This document shows, one piece after another, positions 43,662 to 54,850 of a stretch of 64,000 nt of DNA. The position numbers were made by a program, and so were the translations under genes. This DNA comes from Escherichia coli (GTDB taxonomy: Bacteria; Pseudomonadota; Gammaproteobacteria; Enterobacterales; Enterobacteriaceae), in the NCBI RefSeq assembly GCF_030384885.1, contig NZ_CP128613.1, one strand, 5' to 3'. The notes beneath the pieces were generated by a model. The model was not told the origin of the DNA. It searched no databases and saw only the letters and a program-made list of their open reading frames with translations. Position 1 is the first letter of the stretch; every line of letters begins with the position of its first letter.

Positions 43662-43871
43662 TTGATTTAATGAATTTAACTTTTCAGTACAGCACGTAAA
43701 ATAACTAAAACACACTTGTTCTTTGGAGGTGCTCAGCCACCGCCACTATTATTCATGGTTTAGCAAATTTACGGCTAATTCATTATTTCTGGTCATATTA
43801 TAGTCAGGATCGTTTTATACCTCCGTGCTAGAAAAAACACGTTTAATTCTGTTTTTTCACGGAAGGTCACT

Positions 43872-46800
43872 ATGGCTTCGACAAATGCGCAGCAAATAAA
43901 AAATAATGATCAAAACTCTTTATGCGGTCTGGGTGACAAAATACGCCGCCTGGCCGCCGGAGTTTGTTTATTCACACAATTTTTTTTCCCCGTCATCGCG
44001 ACGGCACAAAATGTGGTACACGCTAACCCGCAGTGAAGGTGTTCAGGATATCACTCTGTCTGACTGGACAGATAACGGGGATGGTAGCTACACACAGATG
44101 CTGACTGCAGGAACGACTTCAGGTTCAGTAACACTGACACCGCAACTTAACGGTGAGAGTGCGGTAAAAGAATCCATCGTCGTTAATATCGTCCCTGTTG
44201 TCTCATCCCGCGACCATTCTTCAATATCCATAGATAACATATTGTATTATGCCGGAGACGACATCAAAGTCAGGGTAGAACTGAAAGACGACAACAATAA
44301 ACCGGTTGAATATCAAGAAGACGCGTTGGTAAAAGCCGTCACTGTCGAGAACAGCAAACCAGGCGCCACGGTTGTCTGGCACGAAGAGCATCCGGGCGTT
44401 TATGCAGCGAATTATCCGGCCCATAAGCAAGGAGCAGCCCTGAGGGCACAACTTAGCCTTCACAACTGGAATACTCCTCTGCAATCGCATATTTATAATA
44501 TCGAAGCAAACCAGAATAAGGCTCACGTCGCCACATTATCCGCAACGAATAATGACGTTTACGCCGATAAAAAGACGTTTAATACCATCACTATTAACGT
44601 CACTGATGAGAGTGATAATCCCCTGAGAAATCATCAGGTCACCTTTAAGAATGAGAAAGGAAGCGCGGAATTTGTAGAACCGACGCAGCAAAATACTGAT
44701 GCACATGGTGTTGCCACAATCAACATGATAAGTCAGGTTGCGGAAGAAAATACGATTAGCGCTACGCTGCCAAATGGTTCTACTCAACGGGTAACTGCGA
44801 AATTTGTTAGCGATTCGAATACGCCAAAACTCAAACAACTGGTTGCCGCGCCAGATACCATTAGTGCTGGTAATAGCCAGGGTAGTACCCTGACCGCCAC
44901 CGTCACAGACTTTCATAACAACCCGTTAAAAGATATGAAAGTGAATTTTGTGGCACCAACTGACTCGCAACTGGACAACACGACCGCCACAACTGACCAG
45001 TCCGGGATTGCGCGGGTGCACCTGACCAGTTCAAAAGCAGGTAACTATACCGTCGATGCCTCGCTTGAGGCGGATAAAAATATTCACCAGTCGGTTACGG
45101 TTACCGTGGTCCCAAACAGGGAACAATCGGTAATTATTTTGAATGCCGGATCGGGCAGTACGATTGCTAACAATACAGATACCGTTACCCTGACTGCCAG
45201 TGTGAAAGATGTTTATGGACACTCACTACCGGATGAGGATGTGAAATTTACCTTGCCAGCATCTATGACAGGAAACTTCACGCTAAGTAGTGACACCGCT
45301 CGCACCGATTCAAACGGCAATGCCGTGGTCACATTGCGAGGCACAAAAGCGGGTGAGTTTACAGTGACGGCGACACTGAGCAGAAATAATACCAGTGCTA
45401 ATCAGCTAGTCTATTTTATTGGGGATACAAGCAGCGCGCAGCTCCAGCCGCTGACTGCCTCATTAAATACCATAGTTGCTGGCAACAGTACGGGGAGTAC
45501 CCTGACAGCAACGATCCTGGACGCTTACCAAAATCCGCTTAAAGACCAACAGGTCACTTTCCAGAGTAACGATGTCACACTAAGCGGAACCGAAGTCACC
45601 ACCAATACGCAGGGTCAAGCGACGGTAATAATGACCAGCAATATTGCCGGACAACATAACGTCGTGGTGAGCCGGAAAGCGCAATCATCCGATAATAAAA
45701 CGTTTAGTTTATCAGTGCTCCCGGATGAAAGTTCGGCGAAGATAATAAGTATAACCGGAGCCGAAAAAACGATAATGGTTGGCGAAAACATCACGCTACG
45801 AATACACGTACAGGATGCGTTTAATAACGTCATAGCCGGTCAACGCGTCAGATTAAGTGCGCTGCCAACCGCTAACATTACGATAGACGATACGGCTTAC
45901 ACCGATAATAACGGCTATGCGTACGTTAACCTTATCAGCACCCAGCCTGGGGTCTATCAGGTGACAGCAACGCTGGACAATAACAGTAGTCGTAAAGTTG
46001 ACGTGAGTGTGGCAAAGGGCAAACTCGAGTTAACATCATCGAAGCCAGAAACCACGGTCCATAACAGTGAAGGTATTACACTGACCGCAACGGCAAGAAA
46101 TATTCAGGGTGAATTGATGCCGGGGCAAATTATCACCTTTAGCGTAACACCTGATGGGGCAACGCTAAGCAATACAGGGGAAATCCTGACTGATCAGTCA
46201 GGTCAGGCCAAAGTGACGCTGACCAGTGACAAAGTCAATGTATATACCGTTACGGCCACAATGGGCAAAGACGTTCCCGTTCAGAGCCAGGTGACGGTTG
46301 CGGTTAAGGCTGATGCTACAACGGCACATGTTGTGAGTGTCGTGGCTTCTCCTGACACCATAATCGCCGACGGGGTTGATAGCAGCACCATCACTTCACG
46401 AGTAGAAGATGATTATGGATTCCCGGTTGAAGGTGTCGACGTTAGTTACAGCTTAGACACCAAAGGCAGCCCGGTGATTAATAATCCAACTACGCGTACC
46501 GATCAGTCCGGGCAAGTCACGGCGACAATAACAGGTACATTGGCAGAAGCTCTAATTGTCAATGTTCAGGTCCCTGGCACAGTCCACAAATCCGCAGCCA
46601 TTACATTGATTCCTGGTACGGCAGATGAAAGTAAATCAACATTGAAATCTAGCGTTAGCTCTTTTATGGCTGACTTCCAGGAGAGCGCGACACTTACGTT
46701 AATATTGCAAGACAAGTACGGTAACCCGATAGTGACGTCTGATCATCTGGAATTTGTCCAGTCAGGTGCCTACGTGAACCTCCTGAAGTTGAGCAATATT

Positions 46801-47538
46801 GATTACAGCCAAAGAAATTATGGCGAGTACACCGTCACTGTCACTGGCGGCGTAGAGGGCAGAGCGACTCTCATTCCTATGCTGAACGGTGTTCATCAAG
46901 CAAACTTAAGCATATCACTGGATCTTGTCCGCTCAATAAAAGACATGCACGGTCATGTAACAGTCAACAACCATACCTTCACAACGGCTACATTCCCCAG
47001 TGAAGGTTTTATAGGGGCGTACTACACACTTAATGATGACAACTTTGAAGCGGGTAAAACCGTTAGTGATTATATGTTCACAAGTTCACAGAGTTGGGTG
47101 TCTGTCGATGCTTCAGGTAAAGTTTCTTTCACAAATACCGGCGACCAAACTTCAGTCGTAATAAGCGCTGTTCCCAGACAAGGAGGTACAACCTACCAGA
47201 CATTAATTAAGCTGAAAGGCTGGTGGGTGAATCATGGGAATCAAACCAATATCTGGCTAACTGCCAATGCGTTCTGCAACGCGAAAAGTGATGGATATAA
47301 TCTTCCTGGCGTCGCACATTTAACGTCTGGCGAAAACAAACGCACGTTGGGATCGCTATATGGTGAGTGGGGGAACGTTGGGGAGTTTTCCAGTGATTCG
47401 CAATTTACCGCGGGTGCTTACTGGACCAATCAACAGGATGATTACAATAGACACGTCTATGTGCAGATGCTGACGGGCAGGATTGGAAGCGACGCAGATT
47501 CCAGCGCTCAACTAACTGCCTGCCGTAAATCACTTTAA
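43872..47538 (+). pseudogene. Inverse-autotransporter (intimin/invasin, YeeJ-like) adhesin remnant: leader fragment plus Big_1-repeat passenger with lectin-like C-terminus; translocator barrel missing
   Basis: A 54-codon frame from ATG 43872 encodes a YeeJ-like leader (MASTNAQQIKNNDQNSLCGLGDKIRRLAAGVCLF...) and stops at about 44034; a different frame (track ORF 43906-47538, 1210 aa) encodes repeated bacterial Ig-like domains; only about 245 bp separates yjiJ from this ORF, leaving no room for a LysM/beta-barrel domain. Confidence 0.55.
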
Positions 47539-47555
47539 TTTCTGAAGTAGTTATT

Positions 47556-47585
47556 AAAGGATACCCTTTTGCGAGGGTATCCTTT
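47556..47585. terminator. 12-bp-stem hairpin between the convergent invasin-like gene and kptA
   Basis: AAAGGATACCCT-N6-AGGGTATCCTTT. Confidence 0.55.
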
Positions 47586-47609
47586 CAGACTCATGACAAA
47601 AGCCAAATT

Positions 47610-47639
47610 GCCTGATGCGCTACGCTTATCAGGCTTACA
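47610..47639. repeat. REP-like palindrome
   Basis: GCCTGATGCGCTACGCTTATCAGGCTTAC. Confidence 0.5.
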
Positions 47640-47718
47640 CTATCTCTCTAATATATTGAATTTTTATGCTTTTGTAGGGAGCGCAAGGCGTTTATGCCGC
47701 ATCTGGCACGAGCAAACA

Positions 47719-48291
47719 TTAATCAGCTCTTTTCTTCGGGCACTCAAGAAACTCAACAGCAACCGTTGATGTCAGCCAGACCCCGTTTTCCGCTTGCCAG
47801 AAAGGGATGCCTCGTTTCGCCATTTCCTGTGCTTTGACGGTTAAAATAACCGGCAATCCGTGTCTTGCTCCCACTTTGCGTGCCGTTGCTTCATCAGCAG
47901 AGAGATGCACGTAATGACGCTCTCCTGGAATCAGCCCTTGTTTTTTTATCTCGTCAAGAAAGCGGCTTGCCGTACCGTGGTAGAGAAACTGTGGCGGTGT
48001 TTTTTCGGCAAAGGCAATGGCGACCTGCGAAGTCGAATGCCCCTGAACCGCGCGAATGCACCTACCATCACTGGAATAACTAAAACGCTTTTTATCGCTG
48101 GTGGCGACAACGGTATCCAGCAATGCACGGGTTAACCGCTTACCTGCTTTTTGTGCACAAAGTATGAGCTTATCAATATCCGCCCATCCTTCACGGTCAA
48201 GTACGATACCAATCGCCTCCGGTTTATGTCGGAGAATAAAACTTAAAAACTTGCTTGTATCCGCCAGCTCTTTTTCGTTGTACTTTGCCAT
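47719..48291 (-). CDS. kptA: RNA 2-prime-phosphotransferase KptA (Tpt1 family)
   Basis: 190-aa ORF from ATG ([28 protein letters not shown]...); recognised as KptA. Confidence 0.88.
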   Translation of the reverse strand: MAKYNEKELADTSKFLSFILRHKPEAIGIVLDREGWADIDKLILCAQKAGKRLTRALLDTVVATSDKKRFSYSSDGRCIRAVQGHSTSQVAIAFAEKTPPQFLYHGTASRFLDEIKKQGLIPGERHYVHLSADEATARKVGARHGLPVILTVKAQEMAKRGIPFWQAENGVWLTSTVAVEFLECPKKRAD

Positions 48292-48540
48292 CGCGTTTTC
48301 GTCCCTGGATTTTCCGTTTTTATTTACTCACGTCATTGTCACTGAATTTATGAATTTTCTGCAACGAAATCCTTCGCAGCATCTTGTTCAAACAGCGTAA
48401 TTTTTCCGCTATGCAAAAAACGCATAGCCAGAAACATACTTGCATTTTCCCCATACCCATATGGCTGATAAGGTTTTTCAGCTCCAGGAATTTTCCTGGC
48501 TCAAGCAACACACAAACACAAAAAAACAATGGGGATTGTT

Positions 48541-49224
48541 ATGACACAACAAGGGGATGCTGTAGCCGGGGAGCTGGCGACAGAAAAAGTGGGCATTAAA
48601 GGGTATCTGGCTTTTTTTCTCACCATAATCTTTTTTTCCGGTGTTTTTTCCGGGACAGACAGCTGGTGGCGCGTTTTTGATTTTTCCGTTCTGAACGGAT
48701 CGTTTGGGCAACTGCCTGGTGCGAACGGAACCACCACCTCGTTTCGCGGAGCGGGTGGCGCGGGGGCTAAAGATGGCTTTCTCTTTGCGCTGGAGCTGGC
48801 ACCATCAGTCATTCTCTCTCTGGGGATTATTTCAATTACCGATGGTCTTGGTGGATTACGCGCCGCGCAGCAGTTAATGACACCTGTGCTAAAACCATTG
48901 TTGGGCATTCCAGGAATCTGCTCGCTGGCGCTGATCGCTAACTTGCAAAACACTGATGCCGCCGCCGGTATGACCAAAGAGCTGGCGCAGGAAGGTGAAA
49001 TTACCGAACGCGATAAAGTGATTTTCGCCGCATATCAAACCAGCGGTAGCGCCATCATCACCAACTACTTCTCTTCCGGCGTCGCGGTGTTTGCCTTTCT
49101 GGGGACGTCCGTAATCGTACCTTTAGCCGTCATCCTGGTATTTAAATTTGTCGGTGCCAATATTTTGCGCGTCTGGCTTAACTTTGAAGAACGTCGCAAC
49201 CCAACGCAAGGAGCGCAAGCATGA
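48541..49224 (+). CDS. yjiH: YjiH, nucleoside-recognition-domain inner-membrane protein
   Basis: 227 aa from the second ATG (MTQQGDAVAGELATEK...); start uncertain by 4 codons. Confidence 0.85.
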   Translation: MTQQGDAVAGELATEKVGIKGYLAFFLTIIFFSGVFSGTDSWWRVFDFSVLNGSFGQLPGANGTTTSFRGAGGAGAKDGFLFALELAPSVILSLGIISITDGLGGLRAAQQLMTPVLKPLLGIPGICSLALIANLQNTDAAAGMTKELAQEGEITERDKVIFAAYQTSGSAIITNYFSSGVAVFAFLGTSVIVPLAVILVFKFVGANILRVWLNFEERRNPTQGAQA

Positions 49225-49682
49225 CAACTCAGGTCCGCAAAAACGTCATGGATATGTTTATTGATGGCGCGCGCCGTGGCTTTACTATCGCCACCACCAA
49301 CCTGCTGCCCAACGTGGTGATGGCATTTGTCATCATTCAGGCACTGAAAATTACTGGCCTGCTCGACTGGGTGGGGCATATCTGTGAACCCGTAATGGCG
49401 CTGTGGGGATTGCCAGGTGAAGCGGCAACCGTCCTTTTAGCCGCATTAATGAGTATGGGCGGCGCAGTCGGTGTTGCCGCCAGTCTGGCAACCGCCGGCG
49501 CATTAACCGGCCACGATGTCACTGTTTTACTGCCTGCAATGTATTTAATGGGCAACCCGGTGCAAAATGTCGGTCGCTGCCTGGGGACAGCCGAAGTGAA
49601 TGCCAAATATTACCCGCACATCATTACGGTCTGCGTCATTAACGCATTGCTGTCGATCTGGGTTATGCAGCTTATTGTTTAA
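49221..49682 (+). CDS. yjiG: YjiG (SpmB-like) inner-membrane protein
   Basis: 153-aa ORF; ATG overlaps the yjiH stop; AAGGAG upstream. Confidence 0.88.
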   Translation: MTTQVRKNVMDMFIDGARRGFTIATTNLLPNVVMAFVIIQALKITGLLDWVGHICEPVMALWGLPGEAATVLLAALMSMGGAVGVAASLATAGALTGHDVTVLLPAMYLMGNPVQNVGRCLGTAEVNAKYYPHIITVCVINALLSIWVMQLIV

Positions 49683-49694
49683 CAAGGAGTTATC

Positions 49695-50867
49695 ATGATT
49701 GATTATTCCGCAGCCGGTTTTACCCTGCTGCAGGGAGCGCATTTGTATGCGCCGGAAGATCGGGGAATTTGCGATGTCCTCGTCGCTAACGGCAAAATTA
49801 TCGCCGTTGCCAGCAATATCCCTTCTGACATCGTACCTGACTGCATGGTCGTCGATCTCCGCGGGCAGATCCTCTGCCCAGGTTTTATTGATCAACACGT
49901 CCATTTGATTGGCGGTGGCGGAGAAGCTGGTCCCACTACGCGTACGCCGGAAGTGGCGTTAAGTCGTCTGACAGAAGCGGGCGTCACGTCAGTGGTTGGA
50001 CTGCTAGGCACCGACTCTGTCTCTCGCCACCCGGAATCCCTGCTCGCCAAGACCCGTGCGCTCAATGAGGAAGGCATCAGCGCCTGGATGCTGACCGGCG
50101 CTTATCATGTACCTTCCCGCACCATTACAGGTTCCGTGGAAAAAGACGTGGCAATTATCGATCGCGTGATTGGCGTGAAATGCGCTATCTCTGATCACCG
50201 CTCTGCCGCACCGGACATTTATCACCTGGCCAATATGGCGGCGGAATCCCGCGTTGGCGGTTTGCTCGGCGGTAAGCCTGGCGTCACTGTGTTCCACATG
50301 GGCGACAGCAAAAAGGCATTGCAGCCTATCTATGACCTGCTGGAAAACTGCGATGTTCCCATCAATAAGTTGCTGCCGACCCACGTTAACCGCAACGTAC
50401 CGTTGTTTGAGCAGGCGCTGGAGTTTGCGCGCAAAGGCGGTACCATTGACATCACCAGCAGCATCGATGAACCGGTCGCCCCTGCCGAAGGTATTGCCCG
50501 CGCCGTTCAGGCCGGTATTCCGCTGACACGCGTCACCCTCAGCTCCGATGGTAACGGTAGTCAGCCGTTCTTCGACGACGAAGGGAATTTAACCCATATC
50601 GGCGTTGCGGGATTTGAAACGTTGCTGGAAACCGTACAGATGCTGGTCAAAGACTACGATTTCAGCATCAGCGATGCCCTGCGCCCACTCACCAGTAGCG
50701 TGGCCGGTTTCCTTAACCTGACCGGGAAAGGCGAAATTCTGCCAGGCAATGACGCAGATTTGCTGGTCATGACGCCAGAACTGCGCATTGAACAGGTATA
50801 CGCCCGCGGCAAACTGATGGTTAAAGACGGCAAAGCCTGCGTGAAAGGAACGTTTGAAACGGCATAA
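49695..50867 (+). CDS. iadA: Isoaspartyl dipeptidase IadA
   Basis: 390-aa ORF; AAGGAG upstream; amidohydrolase metal-binding motif (GFIDQHVHLIGGGGE); recognised as IadA. Confidence 0.92.
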   Translation: MIDYSAAGFTLLQGAHLYAPEDRGICDVLVANGKIIAVASNIPSDIVPDCMVVDLRGQILCPGFIDQHVHLIGGGGEAGPTTRTPEVALSRLTEAGVTSVVGLLGTDSVSRHPESLLAKTRALNEEGISAWMLTGAYHVPSRTITGSVEKDVAIIDRVIGVKCAISDHRSAAPDIYHLANMAAESRVGGLLGGKPGVTVFHMGDSKKALQPIYDLLENCDVPINKLLPTHVNRNVPLFEQALEFARKGGTIDITSSIDEPVAPAEGIARAVQAGIPLTRVTLSSDGNGSQPFFDDEGNLTHIGVAGFETLLETVQMLVKDYDFSISDALRPLTSSVAGFLNLTGKGEILPGNDADLLVMTPELRIEQVYARGKLMVKDGKACVKGTFETA

Positions 50868-50873
50868 ACGGTT

Positions 50874-50918
50874 GTCAGCCGCCCGAATGGACGTAGAATG
50901 CCCGCAAGGGCGGCTGAC
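50874..50918. terminator. Long-loop inverted repeat after iadA (GTCAGCCGCCC-N23-GGGCGGCTGAC)
   Basis: 11-bp perfect arms; terminator or REP-like structure. Confidence 0.4.
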
Positions 50919-50931
50919 AGAGTAAAACGTA

Positions 50932-51843
50932 ATGGATGACTGTGGTGCAGTTTTGCATAATATTGAAACAAAATGGCTTTATGATTTTCTGACCCTGGAA
51001 AAATGCCGCAACTTTTCCCAGGCGGCAGTCAGTCGCAACGTCTCACAACCCGCATTTAGCCGTCGCATCCGCGCGCTGGAACAGGCAATTGGCGTTGAAT
51101 TGTTTAACCGCCAGGTGACACCTCTGCAACTCTCGGAACAAGGGAAAATCTTCCATTCGCAGATCCGCCATCTGCTGCAACAGTTAGAGAGCAACCTTGC
51201 AGAACTGCGTGGCGGCAGCGATTACGCGCAACGTAAAATCAAGATAGCCGCTGCACACTCTCTTTCTCTCGGTCTTTTACCGTCAATTATCAGCCAGATG
51301 CCGCCGCTCTTTACCTGGGCGATTGAAGCCATTGATGTTGATGAAGCGGTCGATAAACTTCGTGAAGGGCAAAGCGACTGTATTTTTTCCTTTCATGACG
51401 AAGATTTGCTGGAAGCACCGTTTGACCACATTCGCTTATTTGAATCTCAATTGTTCCCCGTCTGCGCCAGTGACGAACACGGAGAAGCGCTTTTTAACCT
51501 CGCACAGCCACACTTTCCGTTACTGAATTACAGCCGTAACTCCTACATGGGGCGATTGATTAACCGTACCCTGACGCGCCACAGTGAGTTAAGTTTCAGC
51601 ACCTTTTTTGTCTCGTCGATGAGCGAGCTTTTAAAGCAGGTTGCCCTCGACGGCTGTGGGATTGCCTGGCTGCCGGAGTACGCCATCCAACAAGAAATTC
51701 GCAGCGGGAAGCTTATCGTTCTGAATCGGGACGAACTGGTGATCCCGATTCAGGCCTATGCATACCGGATGAATACCCGTATGAATCCCGTGGCCGAACG
51801 CTTCTGGCGCGAACTGCGCGAGCTGGAGATTGTGCTTAGCTGA
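50932..51843 (+). CDS. hypT: LysR-family regulator HypT (hypochlorite-responsive; formerly YjiE)
   Basis: 303-aa ORF with N-terminal LysR HTH ([29 protein letters not shown]); recognised as YjiE/HypT. Confidence 0.9.
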   Translation: MDDCGAVLHNIETKWLYDFLTLEKCRNFSQAAVSRNVSQPAFSRRIRALEQAIGVELFNRQVTPLQLSEQGKIFHSQIRHLLQQLESNLAELRGGSDYAQRKIKIAAAHSLSLGLLPSIISQMPPLFTWAIEAIDVDEAVDKLREGQSDCIFSFHDEDLLEAPFDHIRLFESQLFPVCASDEHGEALFNLAQPHFPLLNYSRNSYMGRLINRTLTRHSELSFSTFFVSSMSELLKQVALDGCGIAWLPEYAIQQEIRSGKLIVLNRDELVIPIQAYAYRMNTRMNPVAERFWRELRELEIVLS

Positions 51844-52228
51844 CATTCTCCAGCGTCGCACTACACCAACCGCCACTATCCCAGACCAGATCATACGTTA
51901 GCGGTTCATCGTCGTGGTGCAGCATTATCTCAAGGCTGATCGCCAGCGTGTGGCTGTACGCTTCTTTCAAATTGACCTGCAACGCCGCAATCCGAGGCTC
52001 ATGAAATAAAAGTGCAGAACGTAGTTGACGGCAATACCAGCTCTGGAGATGTTTGTCGCTCTGGTTATGCACTTGCCACTCAGGCATACCTGAAACAAGT
52101 AATGAAGGTAATGCCGAATGAGGAGAATTAAAAAGAGTGAGGAGATCGCTGCATACCGATTTACGCAGTGATAACGTTTTATTGCCTGATATTTCAGGTG
52201 AAACAGCCTGAAGTGATTGGCGCATCAT
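51836..52228 (-). CDS. iraD: Anti-adaptor protein IraD (inhibitor of RssB-mediated RpoS degradation)
   Basis: 130 aa from [15 protein letters not shown]...; 3-prime end overlaps hypT convergently; start set from the track protein by codon arithmetic. Confidence 0.88.
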   Translation of the reverse strand: MMRQSLQAVSPEISGNKTLSLRKSVCSDLLTLFNSPHSALPSLLVSGMPEWQVHNQSDKHLQSWYCRQLRSALLFHEPRIAALQVNLKEAYSHTLAISLEIMLHHDDEPLTYDLVWDSGGWCSATLENVS

Positions 52229-52901
52229 TTTGCGCACTCCTGACGTTTAGCAACATATGTGGCTTGCCCTGAATACCGGGCACCACTGTATTGATGCTCA
52301 TTTTCCATAGCCATTCCCTTTTGTTCATTACATCCATGTCAGTCTGAGACAGGCCTGAATCCTGTCAGCAAAGTATAAAACCTTACTTGCCTATGAATAT
52401 CTACTGACTTTTCAGGAAAAAAGTCATGATTTGATAAAAATCATCAAACTCAAAAAAAAACTGCTAGTATATTCTGAATATTCCGAATAGTTACGTAGAT
52501 GAAAATACTTGTCACCGCCGCTACTTAATCCCGGCGGGAGATTATTTATTTTCGTATAATCAACCATGTATTATTTGAAACAATTAGTTTGTAAATAATA
52601 TAAATTGATAACATATCAAATACATCAAAAACACCATTCACAGGCATTATTAATATAGACATCAATATAACAACATCAAATTCCAATTAGTAATAAGATA
52701 TGCTTTTAAATTGCATGCAAATAATTTTAAATGAGCGTTTTTTGATACTTTAGAGTGTTTCCCACCCTTTAATATCACTGTGTAGAGTTGATATCACTAC
52801 AACAGAAACATGCATGTCATTTGTTTACTTCTCTTTTTACTACAGAAAAATTTATCTATTTTTCTAAAACATCAGTGAAATACTCATAAAAGGTTATTAA
52901 T

Positions 52902-53723
52902 ATGTCTATGCCAATAAGCAATGCCGCTAACAACAAAATTTTTACAGATAATCATTTCGCTCATCATCCAAATGCCGATAAAGAATTAGCAGACAGTATG
53001 CCCTCGCATCTTAACTCGGAAAACATCTATGTCAGACCTCTTGTTCGTGGAAATAACCATAACTATGATGGGGGAAGTGTTGTCGAAATTAGACAGCTTG
53101 AAATTGGTAAACAAGGGTATTGGCCATTCAATTACGTAACAGCCGCATGTAAAGAATCCGATGGTATTTCAATCACAGGAAACATACGCTGTGGTACCTG
53201 GAAGGCCAGCTCAGTATTAGACGGAATATACGGTGGAGTATGTAAAAAGGCGCATGTTTCCGCAGCGTTAGAAGCTGGTCTACGGTTTAACCTAACTATG
53301 GATTCTAAAATTCCAAACACGATACATGAAATAACCCTAGGCCCTGGTTGCAATGTTCCAGGCTATGCGGGAACCACGATAGGATACCTGGCAACACTCC
53401 CCCTTGAAAAGGTTGAAAATTGGCAAGATACAACACTGCCAAGAATTGATATCTATATTGATCAGATAATGACTGTGTCAGGGGTAGCAAATTCTTCCGG
53501 ATTCGCCCTTGCTGCATTACTTAATGCTAATATTGGAATGGGAAATGACCCAATAATTGGTATAGAAGCCTATCCTGGTACCGCTGAGATCCACGCTAAG
53601 ATTGGATATAAAGTTATCCCCGGGGATGAAAATGCACATGTCAAACGTATGACTCTGCAACCGTCATCTCTCCCAGAACTGTTTGAATTAAAAAATGGTG
53701 AATGGAATTATATTGGTAAATAA
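52902..53723 (+). CDS. yjiC: YjiC, uncharacterised protein
   Basis: 273-aa ORF after a roughly 670-bp AT-rich intergenic region; AT-rich codon usage; recognised as YjiC by position and sequence. Confidence 0.8.
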   Translation: MSMPISNAANNKIFTDNHFAHHPNADKELADSMPSHLNSENIYVRPLVRGNNHNYDGGSVVEIRQLEIGKQGYWPFNYVTAACKESDGISITGNIRCGTWKASSVLDGIYGGVCKKAHVSAALEAGLRFNLTMDSKIPNTIHEITLGPGCNVPGYAGTTIGYLATLPLEKVENWQDTTLPRIDIYIDQIMTVSGVANSSGFALAALLNANIGMGNDPIIGIEAYPGTAEIHAKIGYKVIPGDENAHVKRMTLQPSSLPELFELKNGEWNYIGK

Positions 53724-53863
53724 CCACTGGGAAGAATGAGTACTAACATTCAGGTTATACAGATATTTAAACAATACCCTGCAATTTATAAAGTAATACT
53801 CATTGCGACTTCTTAATTTAAGAAAGCGCAAGGAACGTTTACCCTTGCGCTTATCATAATAAG

Positions 53864-54637
53864 TCAGGCGTCGACTTTATCCAGCGGCCATGAATCAAAT
53901 AGATAGCCATCAAAATAAATATCGTCAACGTTCGAGAATTCAAGCAGACGTTGCTTCACGTTTTCCAGATGCTGCCACATTGCCAGCTTCGCCGCTCGGG
54001 CGTCTTTTTTGATTAACGCGGCGAGGATCTGTTTGTGATCGCCCAACCACTCTTTGCGATACAGGCTGTCATCCAGATGGCTGTGCAACTGGATCCACAT
54101 CGGATTGTTTTCCCGCCACTGCCAGGACTGACGGAATAGCTCCACCAGCATGCTGTTATGCGTCGCTTCGGCAATGGCGAGATGGAACTGCATGTCACCG
54201 CTTTCGCTGCTGCCCGGTGCGCTGGAAGCCAGCTCACGCTCTTCCAGTTGCAATGCCTGACGCATTTTGACGATATCTTCGCGGGTAGCCTGCAGGGCGG
54301 CAAATTCCGCGATGTTACTTTCCAGTAACTGACGCGCCTGTAACAGCTCAAAAGGACCGGCATCATTGCAGACGTTGGCATCCGGACTGTCTGTGTTGTG
54401 GCTGCCTGAGCTATCAAGAACATATATACCGGCACCCCGGCGCACTTCCACCAGCCCTTTGATCTCCAGCATGATCAGCGCTTCACGTACCACCGTCCGC
54501 GTGACATCAAGCATTTCTGCAATTTCACGCTCCGGCGGCAGCCGCTCGCCAGGATTGTACGGCGTCTTTATGATCAGATCGCGGATCATCGCCCCGACTT
54601 CCTGGTAAGGTCTTTGCGCAGAGGTGGCAGATTTCAT
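53864..54637 (-). CDS. uxuR: GntR/FadR-family repressor of hexuronate genes, UxuR
   Basis: 257-aa ORF recognised as UxuR. Confidence 0.92.
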   Translation of the reverse strand: MKSATSAQRPYQEVGAMIRDLIIKTPYNPGERLPPEREIAEMLDVTRTVVREALIMLEIKGLVEVRRGAGIYVLDSSGSHNTDSPDANVCNDAGPFELLQARQLLESNIAEFAALQATREDIVKMRQALQLEERELASSAPGSSESGDMQFHLAIAEATHNSMLVELFRQSWQWRENNPMWIQLHSHLDDSLYRKEWLGDHKQILAALIKKDARAAKLAMWQHLENVKQRLLEFSNVDDIYFDGYLFDSWPLDKVDA

Positions 54638-54674
54638 GGTGTTGTGTCCGTTAGGTGCAGTTAATCAAATTTTT

Positions 54675-54708
54675 GCCGGATGCGTCGTGCACGCCTTATC
54701 CGGCCTAC
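54675..54708. repeat. REP element between uxuR and uxuB
   Basis: GCCGGATGCGTCGTGCACGCCTTATCCGGCCTAC. Confidence 0.6.
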
Positions 54709-54850
54709 AACGGGCGATTTTACGGCACCCGTCAATCTCAAACTATACCATTAGCACTGGAAGTTGGCACGTACAGGTGGGTAAAAAACGAAAACTGGTC
54801 AACCAAATATGCGTTTGATTGACCAGTAAGTCTGTAGGGTAATCAGTTAG

